Shown here piece by piece: positions 43,084 through 52,816 of a DNA stretch of 64,000 nt (position 1 is the first letter of the stretch; each line of letters begins with the position of its first letter). The stretch lies in contig CACAZL010000002.1 in assembly GCA_902536925.1 (NCBI GenBank), positions 25,762-89,761 on the forward strand. Reading direction: 5' to 3'. Source of the stretch: an uncultured Pelagibacteraceae bacterium (GTDB lineage Bacteria; Pseudomonadota; Alphaproteobacteria; Pelagibacterales; Pelagibacteraceae). A program made the translations under genes and the position numbers. The notes beneath the pieces were generated by a model that saw only the letters and a program-made list of their open reading frames with translations, was not told the DNA's origin and ran no database searches.

Positions 43084-43380
43084 ATGAAGGCATATTGGGT
43101 GAGTTTGTATACAGAGATTTCAGATCAAGATAACCTAAAAAAATATGGTGAAAATGCAATACCAGTTATAAAAAAATTTGGTGGTACTCCTGTAGTTAGA
43201 GGAGGCAAACTAAAATATTATAGTGGTGACAAAATATTAAGGACCGTCATTTGGGAATTTCCCAGTTATGACATGGCCATATCTTGTCATGACTCTGAAG
43301 ATTATTTAAAAGCTTGGTCTTATGCAGAACAAACTACAAAAAGACATATGTTTATTGTGGAGGGTGCTAATACTGAATAG
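43084..43380 (+). CDS. DUF1330 family protein (paralog)
   Basis: MKAYWV, FGG..VVRGG, WEFPSY..A..CHDSEDY, IVEG. Confidence 0.88.
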   Translation: MKAYWVSLYTEISDQDNLKKYGENAIPVIKKFGGTPVVRGGKLKYYSGDKILRTVIWEFPSYDMAISCHDSEDYLKAWSYAEQTTKRHMFIVEGANTE

Positions 43381-43993
43381 TATCGTCATCAATTGAACGC
43401 CACAAATACCAAGTGGCAACAGAGCAGTATGGAGAAAATCTTTTTTGAAGCTTTTTTACAAAAATTTCAGGTGGAAAATATTTTTTTTTATAATTGTTTG
43501 ATATTGCTCTTAATAACCCAATATCCTGAACTGGCCAGATATTAGACCTATTATAAGTAAATAACAAAATCATCTCCGCTGACCATCTTCCAATTTGTCT
43601 TAAAGTTGATAGGTATACAATTGCTTCTTCATCACTCATTTTAGAAATTAATCTTGGATTAAAACTTTTATCTTTAAATTTTTGAGACATTTCCAAGATA
43701 CCCCTTATTTTTTGACGACTAAGACCGCATTTTTTAAGTTGTGATGTTTTAAGCTTTGAAACAATTTTTGGATTAATTTTTTTTTTACATGCCAATTCAA
43801 ATTTTTTGAAGACAGAGTCTGCAGCAGCAACACTTATTTGTTGTCCTATTATACTTTTGCATAAAGAATAAAAGACATCTTTTCTAGTAGTTAAATTATT
43901 ATCTTTATATTTTTTAATCAATGATCTCATAATACTATCTTTTTTTGAAAGATATGTTCTAGCTTTTTTCCAATATGTCGGTGCCTTACTCAT
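43367..43993 (-). CDS. alkA: DNA-3-methyladenine glycosylase II (HhH-GPD)
   Basis: IIGQQISVAAA, GLSRQK, IGRWSAEM, P.QDIG, PYCSVATWYLWR. Confidence 0.85.
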   Translation of the reverse strand: MSKAPTYWKKARTYLSKKDSIMRSLIKKYKDNNLTTRKDVFYSLCKSIIGQQISVAAADSVFKKFELACKKKINPKIVSKLKTSQLKKCGLSRQKIRGILEMSQKFKDKSFNPRLISKMSDEEAIVYLSTLRQIGRWSAEMILLFTYNRSNIWPVQDIGLLRAISNNYKKKYFPPEIFVKKLQKRFSPYCSVATWYLWRSIDDDTIQY

Positions 43994-44867
43994 TTCTACT
44001 TACCGTTACTTGTTTATTTAAATATATTTCTCTTCGAAATATAATGATTGATGATATTATTACCAGTGAAGCACCCATCAATGTTTTAATTGTGGGAATT
44101 TCATCCCAAATAAAATATCCAAAAGATATTGCAAATATTAATCCTAAATATTTAAGAGGTGTAACCAGAGAAACCTCGGATAATTTATATGATTGACTTA
44201 ATAATAAATTAGCTGTTCCTCCCAACAAGCCAATTGTACATAATAGTAAGAAATCATTGAAAGTTGGCATGATCCACCCAAATGGGATAGATAAAACTCC
44301 AACAATTGTTATTGCAAAAGAAAAAAAGAATGAGATCAACCAGACTGGTTCTGTGGATGAAAGTTTTCTAATTGTAATTGCAACGTAAGACATTCCAATA
44401 CAAAAGATTATTGGAAATAAATAATAAATATTTAAGCTAGAAAATCCTGGTTGGGTAATTACTAAAACACCAATAAAACCAACAAATACTGCGGCCCATC
44501 TATATACTCCTACTTTCTCACTTAGTAAAAATATTGATAGCAAAGTTGTAAATATAGGTGCAGCAAATGAAATACTTGTCACTGTTGCAAGTGGTAGGTT
44601 TCTTAGCGCCAAAAATATTGCAGCTAAAGCTATCAGTCCTGAACAACATCTAATTAAATGTAATCCTGGTCTATTTGTTTTGTAAAAATCTCTAAATCTT
44701 GTCTTAGGAACTAAAAAAATTATTGGCAAAATACCAAATAGACCTCTAAAGAACATTACCTGTCCAATTGGATAATCTGATGACCACTTGACTATTACAT
44801 CCATAAATGAGAAAGCACATATTGATAAAAACATGTAAAAAAAGCCTAATTGATTTTTGGAAAGCAT
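43986..44867 (-). CDS. DMT/EamA family transporter
   Basis: About 10 TM; FAAPIF..LLS..LLSEKVG..RW, PLKY, WDEIP. Confidence 0.9.
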   Translation of the reverse strand: MLSKNQLGFFYMFLSICAFSFMDVIVKWSSDYPIGQVMFFRGLFGILPIIFLVPKTRFRDFYKTNRPGLHLIRCCSGLIALAAIFLALRNLPLATVTSISFAAPIFTTLLSIFLLSEKVGVYRWAAVFVGFIGVLVITQPGFSSLNIYYLFPIIFCIGMSYVAITIRKLSSTEPVWLISFFFSFAITIVGVLSIPFGWIMPTFNDFLLLCTIGLLGGTANLLLSQSYKLSEVSLVTPLKYLGLIFAISFGYFIWDEIPTIKTLMGASLVIISSIIIFRREIYLNKQVTVSRNE

Positions 44868-44901
44868 GATAATAACTTTAGATTAATTAAAATTTTTAGC
44901 A

Positions 44902-45348
44902 ATGGAAATAGCAACTTTAGCACTTGGATGTTTTTGGGGACCCGAAATAAAATTTAGTAAGTTAGATGGAGTAATGAATACAGAGGTTGGATATTGTGGA
45001 GGTAATACTGAGAAGACATCTTATAAAGAAGTATGTTATGGTGACACCAATCACGCAGAAGTAGTTAAAGTTGAATTTGACAATTCTAAAATTTCTTATG
45101 AGGAAATAATAAGAAACTTTTTTGACTTTCATGATCCAACTACTTTAAACCGGCAAGGTCCAGATGTAGGTACTCAGTATAGGAGTGAAATATTTGTTCA
45201 TGATGAAAATCAAAATAAAATCGCTAACAAAGTATTGAAAGAAATTAATGAAAAATTTAAGGGTAAAATCGTTACCAAAATATCAAAATCAAAAAATTAT
45301 AACAAAGCCGAAGATTATCATCAGAAATATTTGGAAAAAAGTTTCTAA
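44902..45348 (+). CDS. msrA: Peptide methionine sulfoxide reductase A (short)
   Basis: GCFWG, HAEVV, HDPTTLNRQGPDVGTQYRS, AEDYHQKY. Confidence 0.95.
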   Translation: MEIATLALGCFWGPEIKFSKLDGVMNTEVGYCGGNTEKTSYKEVCYGDTNHAEVVKVEFDNSKISYEEIIRNFFDFHDPTTLNRQGPDVGTQYRSEIFVHDENQNKIANKVLKEINEKFKGKIVTKISKSKNYNKAEDYHQKYLEKSF

Positions 45349-46160
45349 TGTCACTTATATCAACTGAGTGGCTAGTAAAAAATCTCTCAAATGTAAAAAT
45401 TATTGATGGCTCTTGGCATATGCCTGCAACAAAAAGAAGTGGTAAAGAAGAATTTAATAAAGAGCATATACCAAATGCAATTTTTTTTGATATTGATGAA
45501 AATTGTAATAAATCAACCGACTTACCACATATGTTAACGGACATTAGTTCGTGGGAAAATATACTATCATCTATGGGCATATCTAACGAAGATGAAATTG
45601 TGATTTATGATAATTCTGATGTTTTAAGTGCTTGTAGAGTATGGTTTAATTTAATTTACTTTGGCCATGATAAAAAGAAAGTACATGTTTTAGATGGAGG
45701 TTTTAATAAATGGAAAAAAGAAAAAAGAACAACTTCTGCTAATAATATAATTATTCAAACAACTAGCTATAAAGCAAAAGAAAATAATGGAATGGTTAAG
45801 AGCAAAGATCAGGTTGACCAAAATATAATTAAAAAAAAATTTGATTTAGTTGATGCGAGAAGCAAAGATCGTTTTAATGGCACAACTCCAGACCCAAGAA
45901 AAAATGTAAGAAGTGGTTCAATACCTAATTCAATTTGCTTACCGTTTAAAACCCTTATCAATGACGATTTTACTTTTAAAAGTAAATCTGAAATTTCTTC
46001 TTATTTTAAAGATTTATCTTTAAATGACCCAGTAAATGTAGTGTTTTCGTGTGGTTCTGGGATCACAGCATGTGTTTTGGCACTTGCATATTCTCAAGTA
46101 AATAATAAGTATCTTCCAGTCATTTATGATGGTTCGTGGGCTGAATATGGTAAAATATAA
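45348..46160 (+). CDS. sseA: 3-mercaptopyruvate sulfurtransferase / rhodanese
   Basis: HIPNA.FFD, LDGG, DARS..RF.G, CGSGITAC, YDGSWAEY. Confidence 0.92.
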   Translation: MSLISTEWLVKNLSNVKIIDGSWHMPATKRSGKEEFNKEHIPNAIFFDIDENCNKSTDLPHMLTDISSWENILSSMGISNEDEIVIYDNSDVLSACRVWFNLIYFGHDKKKVHVLDGGFNKWKKEKRTTSANNIIIQTTSYKAKENNGMVKSKDQVDQNIIKKKFDLVDARSKDRFNGTTPDPRKNVRSGSIPNSICLPFKTLINDDFTFKSKSEISSYFKDLSLNDPVNVVFSCGSGITACVLALAYSQVNNKYLPVIYDGSWAEYGKI

Positions 46161-46163
46161 AAT

Positions 46164-47180
46164 ATGAAAAGATCAACAAAAATTACAAGCATAATAATAA
46201 TTTTCTTTTTAATTATAGCTACAGTGATTGTTGGTAGAACAATGATTGGAAATCATTTTAAGAAGAAATTTAGTAAAAGACCACCTCCAGGAATAATTGT
46301 TACTGCAGCTGAAAATAGAGTTTTTGAAAATTTAATAAGCACATACGGAACAGCAAGACCTTTTAAAACACAATCTTATAAAATTGAGAAGTATGAAATA
46401 CTTAAACCTATCAACTTTAATCAAAAAGTAAAAAAAGGTGATGTAATTGCAGAACTTAAAAATAGAAAAATTACTGCTCAGTTTGATGGAACAATTGGAA
46501 AAAGAGAATTTTCAGAAGACATCGAAGTTTCAAAATCTTCAATCTTAGTTAATCTCGAAAATACCAGTATTATCTATTGTGATGTAGATATACCTGAAAT
46601 GTTTGTACCATTTATTAAGGTTGGTTTACCTGTTGATATAAAATTTTCTGGATACAAAGATAAAACATATAAAGGTCAAGTTGACTCGTTAGCTAGTCGA
46701 ATTAGTGAGGATACTAGATCATTACCAACAAGGATAAAAATGGACAATACATCTGGTGAAATTTTGCCTGGCTCATTTTTAGAAATTTCAATAAAATATG
46801 ATACAAGAGAAAGCTTAAGTATCCCAGATACCAGCACAATAGTGGAAGGTGATAATATATTTATCTATAAAGTTGACGAAAAAAATAAAGTATTAAAAAC
46901 AAATATTGATACCGGCGATAGATACCTGGGTTTTGTTGAAGTTTTAAATGGTCTAAAAGTTGGTGACAAAGTTGTTGCTGAGGGTACAAAAAAAGTCAGA
47001 CCAAATTTAATAATAAGACCTATAAAAAAGGGTGCCAAAGTAGCTAATCAAAATAAATCTGGTTGGGGTGGAAAAAAGAAAAAAGATACTAAAGAAAACA
47101 AGAATGGTATGTTTGCGTGGTTACAAAAATTAAATATATTTAAAAAGTCTGACTCTGAAAAACAAGAAAATAAAAAATAA
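46164..47180 (+). CDS. RND periplasmic adaptor (MFP), apparently hairpin-less
   Basis: N-terminal TM, lipoyl halves VKKGD and ITAQFDG, TRS, LPGSF, GLKVGDKVV.EG. Confidence 0.85.
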   Translation: MKRSTKITSIIIIFFLIIATVIVGRTMIGNHFKKKFSKRPPPGIIVTAAENRVFENLISTYGTARPFKTQSYKIEKYEILKPINFNQKVKKGDVIAELKNRKITAQFDGTIGKREFSEDIEVSKSSILVNLENTSIIYCDVDIPEMFVPFIKVGLPVDIKFSGYKDKTYKGQVDSLASRISEDTRSLPTRIKMDNTSGEILPGSFLEISIKYDTRESLSIPDTSTIVEGDNIFIYKVDEKNKVLKTNIDTGDRYLGFVEVLNGLKVGDKVVAEGTKKVRPNLIIRPIKKGAKVANQNKSGWGGKKKKDTKENKNGMFAWLQKLNIFKKSDSEKQENKK

Positions 47181-47187
47181 TTAATAC

Positions 47188-50100
47188 ATGTATATAACTG
47201 AAGTTAGTATTAAAAGACCTGTCGTTGCATGGGTAATGTCAATGATACTAATTATTTTTGGAATTTTTGTGTTTTGGGAATTACCTGTTAGAGAATTACC
47301 AGATGGCATTCAGCCTCCTGTGGTACAGGTCCAAACCGATTATAAATCTGCTTCAGCTGAAATTGTTGATGAAGAGATAACACAAAAAATAGAAGATGTT
47401 ATAGGAGGAGCGGAAGGAATTAAGAACATTGATTCTAGTTCGCTTAATGGAAGAAGTAGAATAAATATTTATTTTAATACAGATATAGATTTAGATGATG
47501 CAGCAAATGACATAAGAGAAAGAGTATCAAGAGTTGCGGACAATTTGCCAGATCAAGCAAACCCACCACAAATTTTGAAACAAGCAGCTGGTTTTACAAC
47601 TACAATGTGGGTTGCGCTATCTTCACCAACTTGGAATGATTTAGATTTGGGTGATTATGCAGAAAGATATCTTATAGATGCATTTTCGAGTGTACCAAAT
47701 GTTGGTAGAATTTTAGTCGGTGGATTAAGAGAGCTAAGTGTTAGAGTTTGGGTAGATCCAATCAAATTAGCAGCTAATAATCTTACTATTCAAGAAGTCG
47801 AGAGAGCATTAAGAAATGAAAATATTAATATTCCTGCTGGAACTTTAGAAGCTAGTAACAAAGATTTAACTCTTAATATTGATAAATCTTACTCTAACAT
47901 TGAAACAATCAAGCAGCTTCCTCTTAAGAAAAATAAAGATAAAGTCACAACTCTTTCTGACATTGCAAATGTTGAGTTTGGGCCAGTTTCTGAGAAAACT
48001 TTATTTAAGGCTCAAAGAAAAAATGCGACTAATTTAAAAACAGTTGGGATTGGAATATATGCAAAAAGTGGGGCATCAACAGTAGAGCTTTCAAAACAAG
48101 TAAAACAAAAAATTAATATTTTAAATAATTCTCTTCCAGATGGACTAAAGCTGGAAATAGCATTTAATAGAGCAACTTATGTAGGGACTGCAATACAAGA
48201 AGTTTATAAAAGTTTAATCATTGCTTTTATTTTAGTTGTAGTAATAATTTACTTGTTCTTAGGAAACCTAAAAGCTGTAATAGTACCAGCCGTTGCATTG
48301 CCAGTTAGTTTAATAGGATCCTTTTTAGGTTTATATATTTTTGATCTTTCAATTAACATTTTTGTACTCTTAAGCTTTATTTTAGCGATAGGAATAATTA
48401 CAGATGATTCTGTGATTATGACCGATGCAATTTATACAAGAATTGAAAAAGGAGAAACGCCACTTGTAGCTGCTTATAAAGGCTCAAGACAGATAACATT
48501 TGCGATAATAGCTACAACTTTAATCTTAGTTGCAGTTTTTTTACCTTTAATTTTTATTGAGGGTATAGCTGGTACCCTGTTTAAGGAAACTGCAATAGCC
48601 CTATCTTTCTCAATTGTTGTTTCTTCATTTGTGGCCCTAACCCTTTCACCAATGTTAGGAAGTAAGTTTTTAAATAAAAAAGAAAAAAATAATTTTTTCG
48701 TAAAGAAATTTAATAATGGATTTAAATCTTTCACAGAGTTTTATACTGATACCTTAAGATATTGGATTACTAAGCAGAAAACAATCTCGATATTTATAAT
48801 TTTATTAATTGCAGCATCTGTTTATTTATTTAATTTCACAAAAAAAGAATTGATACCATTAGAAGATAGAGGAGCTTATTTAATTATAGGTTCCACAGAC
48901 GAAGGAAGTTCATTCGAGTATACTCAGGAAAAAGCACAAATAATTGAGGGAAGAATATTAAAATTGTTACAAGCAGAGGATAGTCCTTACCAAAGATTAA
49001 TTATGAGGGTCCCAGGATTTGGTAAATCTGCAACCTCTTATAACTCCTTTATTATAATTGCGCTATTAGATGAATGGAAAAATAGAGAAAAGAGCACACA
49101 AGTTGTTTTAAGAGAAGCTATTGGTCAAGTTGTTAGTGTGCCTGAGACTTTTGCGTTTCCTATATCACCTCAATCTATAAGAGTTTCTAGCTATAATAAA
49201 CCAGTTCAAATGGTGATTTATGGGACAAGTTATGAAGAGTTAGAACAAATTCAAAGCCAAGTTTTAAGAGAGCTAAGAAGAAATAGAAATATGTTTAGAA
49301 TTGAAAGTGATTACACAAAAAATAAACCTGAAGTAAAATTAATCACAAATAAAAATCGAGCAAATGATTTAGGAGTTTCAATAGAAAATATAGGCAGAAC
49401 ACTAGAAACATTATACGGTGGAAAGAGAGTTACAACGTACAATAAAGAAGGAAGAGAATACCCCATTATTCTTCAGCAGTATTTAGCAGATAGAAGAGAT
49501 AAAGATGGCTTATCAAAGATTTTTGTAAGATCTGAAACTACAGGAAAATTAGTGTCTGTTGCAAGTCTGGTAGAATTTGAAGAGAAAGGAACTGCTGAAT
49601 CATTACCTAGATATAATAGACAACGAGCAGTAACTATATCGGCAGCTTTATCTGAAGAATATACATTGTCTGAAGCTATAAAATATTTAGAAGACGTAAT
49701 GTTGAGAGTTGCTCCTCAAAATCAAATAACTTGGAAAGGTAAGTCCGAAGAACTAAAGGAGACAAGTAACGAAATATTTCTTATTTTTGCTTTGGCATTA
49801 ATAACTGCATATTTAGTAATGGCTGCTACTTTTAATTCGTTTGTTCATCCTTTTATTATTATATTGACTGTGCCTCTTGCAGTTTTTGGAGGTCTTGTAT
49901 TCATTTTATTTCTGAATAGTTCGATAAATATATTTTCACAAATCGCCTTGATTATATTAATCGGTATATCCACTAAAAATAGTATTCTTATCGTTGACTA
50001 TACTAACCAAATTCGAACAACAGGTGCAAAAATTGAGGAAGCATTGATGGAAGCTTGTAAATTAAGAATAAGACCAATCATAATGACTTCATTAAGCACC

Positions 50101-50316
50101 ATGATTGCAATGTTACCTCTTATAGTAGGTAACATAGGTCCGGGCGCAGGTGAGGCATCTAGATTAGCAGTTGGATCAACAATCTTTGGTGGAATGATTA
50201 TTTCTACATTCTTTACATTATATGTAACGCCAACTATGTATTTAACACTAGCAAAAAACACAAAGAGAATAGATGCAGTAGATCTAGAGCTAGAAAAGCA
50301 ATTGATTAAAAAATAA
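47188..50316 (+). CDS. RND efflux permease (AcrB/AcrF family)
   Basis: 1042 aa; RPV, GIITDDSVI, TLSPML, TKNSILIV, RIRPIIMTSL. Confidence 0.95.
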   Translation: MYITEVSIKRPVVAWVMSMILIIFGIFVFWELPVRELPDGIQPPVVQVQTDYKSASAEIVDEEITQKIEDVIGGAEGIKNIDSSSLNGRSRINIYFNTDIDLDDAANDIRERVSRVADNLPDQANPPQILKQAAGFTTTMWVALSSPTWNDLDLGDYAERYLIDAFSSVPNVGRILVGGLRELSVRVWVDPIKLAANNLTIQEVERALRNENINIPAGTLEASNKDLTLNIDKSYSNIETIKQLPLKKNKDKVTTLSDIANVEFGPVSEKTLFKAQRKNATNLKTVGIGIYAKSGASTVELSKQVKQKINILNNSLPDGLKLEIAFNRATYVGTAIQEVYKSLIIAFILVVVIIYLFLGNLKAVIVPAVALPVSLIGSFLGLYIFDLSINIFVLLSFILAIGIITDDSVIMTDAIYTRIEKGETPLVAAYKGSRQITFAIIATTLILVAVFLPLIFIEGIAGTLFKETAIALSFSIVVSSFVALTLSPMLGSKFLNKKEKNNFFVKKFNNGFKSFTEFYTDTLRYWITKQKTISIFIILLIAASVYLFNFTKKELIPLEDRGAYLIIGSTDEGSSFEYTQEKAQIIEGRILKLLQAEDSPYQRLIMRVPGFGKSATSYNSFIIIALLDEWKNREKSTQVVLREAIGQVVSVPETFAFPISPQSIRVSSYNKPVQMVIYGTSYEELEQIQSQVLRELRRNRNMFRIESDYTKNKPEVKLITNKNRANDLGVSIENIGRTLETLYGGKRVTTYNKEGREYPIILQQYLADRRDKDGLSKIFVRSETTGKLVSVASLVEFEEKGTAESLPRYNRQRAVTISAALSEEYTLSEAIKYLEDVMLRVAPQNQITWKGKSEELKETSNEIFLIFALALITAYLVMAATFNSFVHPFIIILTVPLAVFGGLVFILFLNSSINIFSQIALIILIGISTKNSILIVDYTNQIRTTGAKIEEALMEACKLRIRPIIMTSLSTMIAMLPLIVGNIGPGAGEASRLAVGSTIFGGMIISTFFTLYVTPTMYLTLAKNTKRIDAVDLELEKQLIKK

Positions 50317-50905
50317 TATATTTTCTAGTAGTCAAAGATTTACTACATTTATTAAGCTGCTTCTTGAATTTATTTGAATAACCCTCTACTTTTTTTGCCA
50401 ATACTATAACTTTCTGATTACTTTTATAATTTTTATAATTTCCCCAGCCTTCATGATAAGCAATATATTGTCTGAAAGCATCTTTTTTTGAAACTTTTAA
50501 AATTTTTTCTGTTTTATTTGTATACCAGCCGATAAAATCAACACTATCTTTAAATCTAGTTCTTAAAGCATATTTATTTCCAGTCTCATCTTTATATTGT
50601 TTCCAAGTACCTTTAATAGCTTGTGAGTATCCAAATGAACTAGAAGGTCTTTTATAAGGTATAACTTTAAATAATTTTTGACGCGCAGGCTTAGCAAGCC
50701 AGTCAAAATCAGATTCCATTTTTATTATTGCTAATTGTAGGTTGATTGGTGTTCCCCACTTTTTTTCAGTTTTTTTCGCATGTTTATACCAAAGATATCT
50801 CTCAGAAAATATTGAACAGCCATCTGTTGTATTTTGAGGTATAGATGAGCAAGCGGTTAAAAATAATAGACCAAAAAATAAAAAATACTTTCTAAAAAGA
50901 ATCAC
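50306..50905 (-). CDS. Lipoprotein with SLT/lytic-transglycosylase-like domain
   Basis: Lipobox LTAC; AIIKMESDF, SSSFGYSQA, DSVDFIGWY, AYHEGWG. Confidence 0.8.
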   Translation of the reverse strand: MILFRKYFLFFGLLFLTACSSIPQNTTDGCSIFSERYLWYKHAKKTEKKWGTPINLQLAIIKMESDFDWLAKPARQKLFKVIPYKRPSSSFGYSQAIKGTWKQYKDETGNKYALRTRFKDSVDFIGWYTNKTEKILKVSKKDAFRQYIAYHEGWGNYKNYKSNQKVIVLAKKVEGYSNKFKKQLNKCSKSLTTRKYIIF

Positions 50906-50918
50906 AGTTTAATATAAA

Positions 50919-51431
50919 TTATCTATTATTTTTTCTCCATATCCATGGATAGTCAAATTCCATACTCCATAAACCTAATTTATTGTTTTTTGCATAAATT
51001 TGATCTTTAGAATATTTTTTTTTTGAATATTTTGGGTAGTCAAAGGCTAATCCATTTCTTACCATGTAAGTTGAAACACTCTCATTATTGATAAAACACT
51101 CACCTAAATACCTACCAAAATAGTCTTTTTGGGGCTCGATTAGACATTTTAATTTTTTATTTATAATTTTTTCTGTAAGAAAATTTTTTGAAATTTTTCC
51201 ACAATTAATTTTTTTTTTATTTTCTAAGCAAAACTGTTGCTTTCCTTTAAATTTAGTTTCTGGAGCATCTATTCCGGAAAAACGAATTTTTTTATTATCT
51301 AATAAAATTGTATCACCATCAATTATTTTAATGTTATCTGAAATTAGAACCGTTTCTGATAGTAAGTAATTTGTTGCTAAAAATGTAAATAAAAATAGAA
51401 AACTAACTAACTTCAGTAGTTGCTTTTTCAT
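50919..51431 (-). CDS. Thermonuclease (SNase) family protein, exported
   Basis: IIDGDTI, IRFSGIDAPE, DYFGRYLG, MVRNGLA, LGLW. Confidence 0.9.
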   Translation of the reverse strand: MKKQLLKLVSFLFLFTFLATNYLLSETVLISDNIKIIDGDTILLDNKKIRFSGIDAPETKFKGKQQFCLENKKKINCGKISKNFLTEKIINKKLKCLIEPQKDYFGRYLGECFINNESVSTYMVRNGLAFDYPKYSKKKYSKDQIYAKNNKLGLWSMEFDYPWIWRKNNR

Positions 51432-51711
51432 TACATTCTTGCATTTTTTTTCTAATTTGATCTTCGGATATATTTTTGTCTTTTAAATCTCCGTAAAGCT
51501 TTCTGTAAACATCTTCATCACCTGCCTCAGCAAAATCTGCTTTAATTACATCTTGAATATATTGATTTTTTTTTTCTTCATCATATCCCAGAATTTGTGA
51601 GGCCCACTCTCCTAAATATTTATTTTTTCTTGCATTAATTTTAAATTGTTTTTCCTCATCATGAGCAAATTTTTTTTCAAAACCTTTTTTTCTTTCATCG
51701 AATGAACTCAT
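51403..51711 (-). CDS. DUF1476 protein, F1Fo ATPase zeta-subunit-like inhibitor
   Basis: MSSFDER..GFE.KFAHD.E..FK..AR.NK.LG.W, ADF.EAGDEDV. Confidence 0.88.
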   Translation of the reverse strand: MSSFDERKKGFEKKFAHDEEKQFKINARKNKYLGEWASQILGYDEEKKNQYIQDVIKADFAEAGDEDVYRKLYGDLKDKNISEDQIRKKMQECNEKATTEVS

Positions 51712-52079
51712 TGCAATCTACTTTTATAAATTATTTTAAAAACCAAAAATGATATAAATACACCTATTATATTACCAAACAAATCACTTAATTCAAATCC
51801 TCTTTCTGGAATAATTAAGTGCAGGATTTCTAAAACAATAGAAATACAAATAAGATAAATAAATATATTTTTTAATTTATGTTTAAAAGCAATTAATCCT
51901 AGAATTGATATAATAAAGAAAACATAAACGTGATTTGAAGATACTAAAAAATCTCTTGTTAATTGTGGTTGAATTTTACAATCACTATAAATAAAACATC
52001 CAAAAATACTACCAGGATATAAGTAAAAAATAAATAAAACTATATTAGACAGATAAAAAAACTGCTTTAAGTAATTCAT
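51708..52079 (-). CDS. VanZ-like membrane protein
   Basis: 4 TM; NH...F, LEILH..IP.R.FELSDL.GN..G. Confidence 0.65.
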   Translation of the reverse strand: MNYLKQFFYLSNIVLFIFYLYPGSIFGCFIYSDCKIQPQLTRDFLVSSNHVYVFFIISILGLIAFKHKLKNIFIYLICISIVLEILHLIIPERGFELSDLFGNIIGVFISFLVFKIIYKSRLQ

Positions 52080-52105
52080 AGTTAATCTATATTAAATTTT
52101 CACAA

Positions 52106-52816
52106 ATGAGTCACTTAATACTTGTTAGACATGGCCAAAGCGAATGGAATTTAGAAAATAAATTTACAGGATGGGTCGATGTTGAACTCGCACCACAAGG
52201 TAAATTAGAAGCCTGTAAAGCAGGAGAGTTTATAAAAAAATTAAATTTAGAAATAAAACATTTTTACACATCTTATCAACTAAGATCGATTGATACTTTA
52301 AAACTTATTTTAAATACAATCAGAGTAAAACCAAATAATATAATTAAGGCCTGGCAATTGAATGAAAGGCACTACGGATCACTGACAGGATTAAACAAAG
52401 ATGAAATGAAAAAAAAATTAGGAGAAGAAGAAGTTCATAAATTCAGAAGATCTTGGGATATTCCGCCAAAGCCATTAAACACAAATAGTCCATATCATCC
52501 AAAAAATATAGTTGTTTATAATGATATACCTCGTAACTTAATTCCAGATACAGAGTCCCTTAAAGATACTTATGATAGAGTTGTGCCCTATTTTATTGAA
52601 AACATAGAGAAAAATTTACATGATAATACCATTATATCTGCTCACGGTAATTCTATTAGATCGCTTTTAAAATATTTATTTAAAATTGATGACAATGAAA
52701 TTTCCAAACTTGAAATACCTACCGGAAATCCTCTACTTTTGAAATTTGAAAAAAAAAATTTAAAAGAAGCTAAATACCTCGATCAAAGTAGATCTAGGAA
52801 TTTAATTAAATTCTAA
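52106..52816 (+). CDS. gpmA: 2,3-BPG-dependent phosphoglycerate mutase
   Basis: LVRHGQSEWN, FTGWVD, LNERHYG, SAHGNSIR, IPTG. Confidence 0.96.
   Translation: MSHLILVRHGQSEWNLENKFTGWVDVELAPQGKLEACKAGEFIKKLNLEIKHFYTSYQLRSIDTLKLILNTIRVKPNNIIKAWQLNERHYGSLTGLNKDEMKKKLGEEEVHKFRRSWDIPPKPLNTNSPYHPKNIVVYNDIPRNLIPDTESLKDTYDRVVPYFIENIEKNLHDNTIISAHGNSIRSLLKYLFKIDDNEISKLEIPTGNPLLLKFEKKNLKEAKYLDQSRSRNLIKF

Noticed and set aside
50306-51431. Nuclease plus transglycosylase as prophage or defence remnant
   Set aside because: Both have export signals, composition matches the host, and no phage or mobility genes are present
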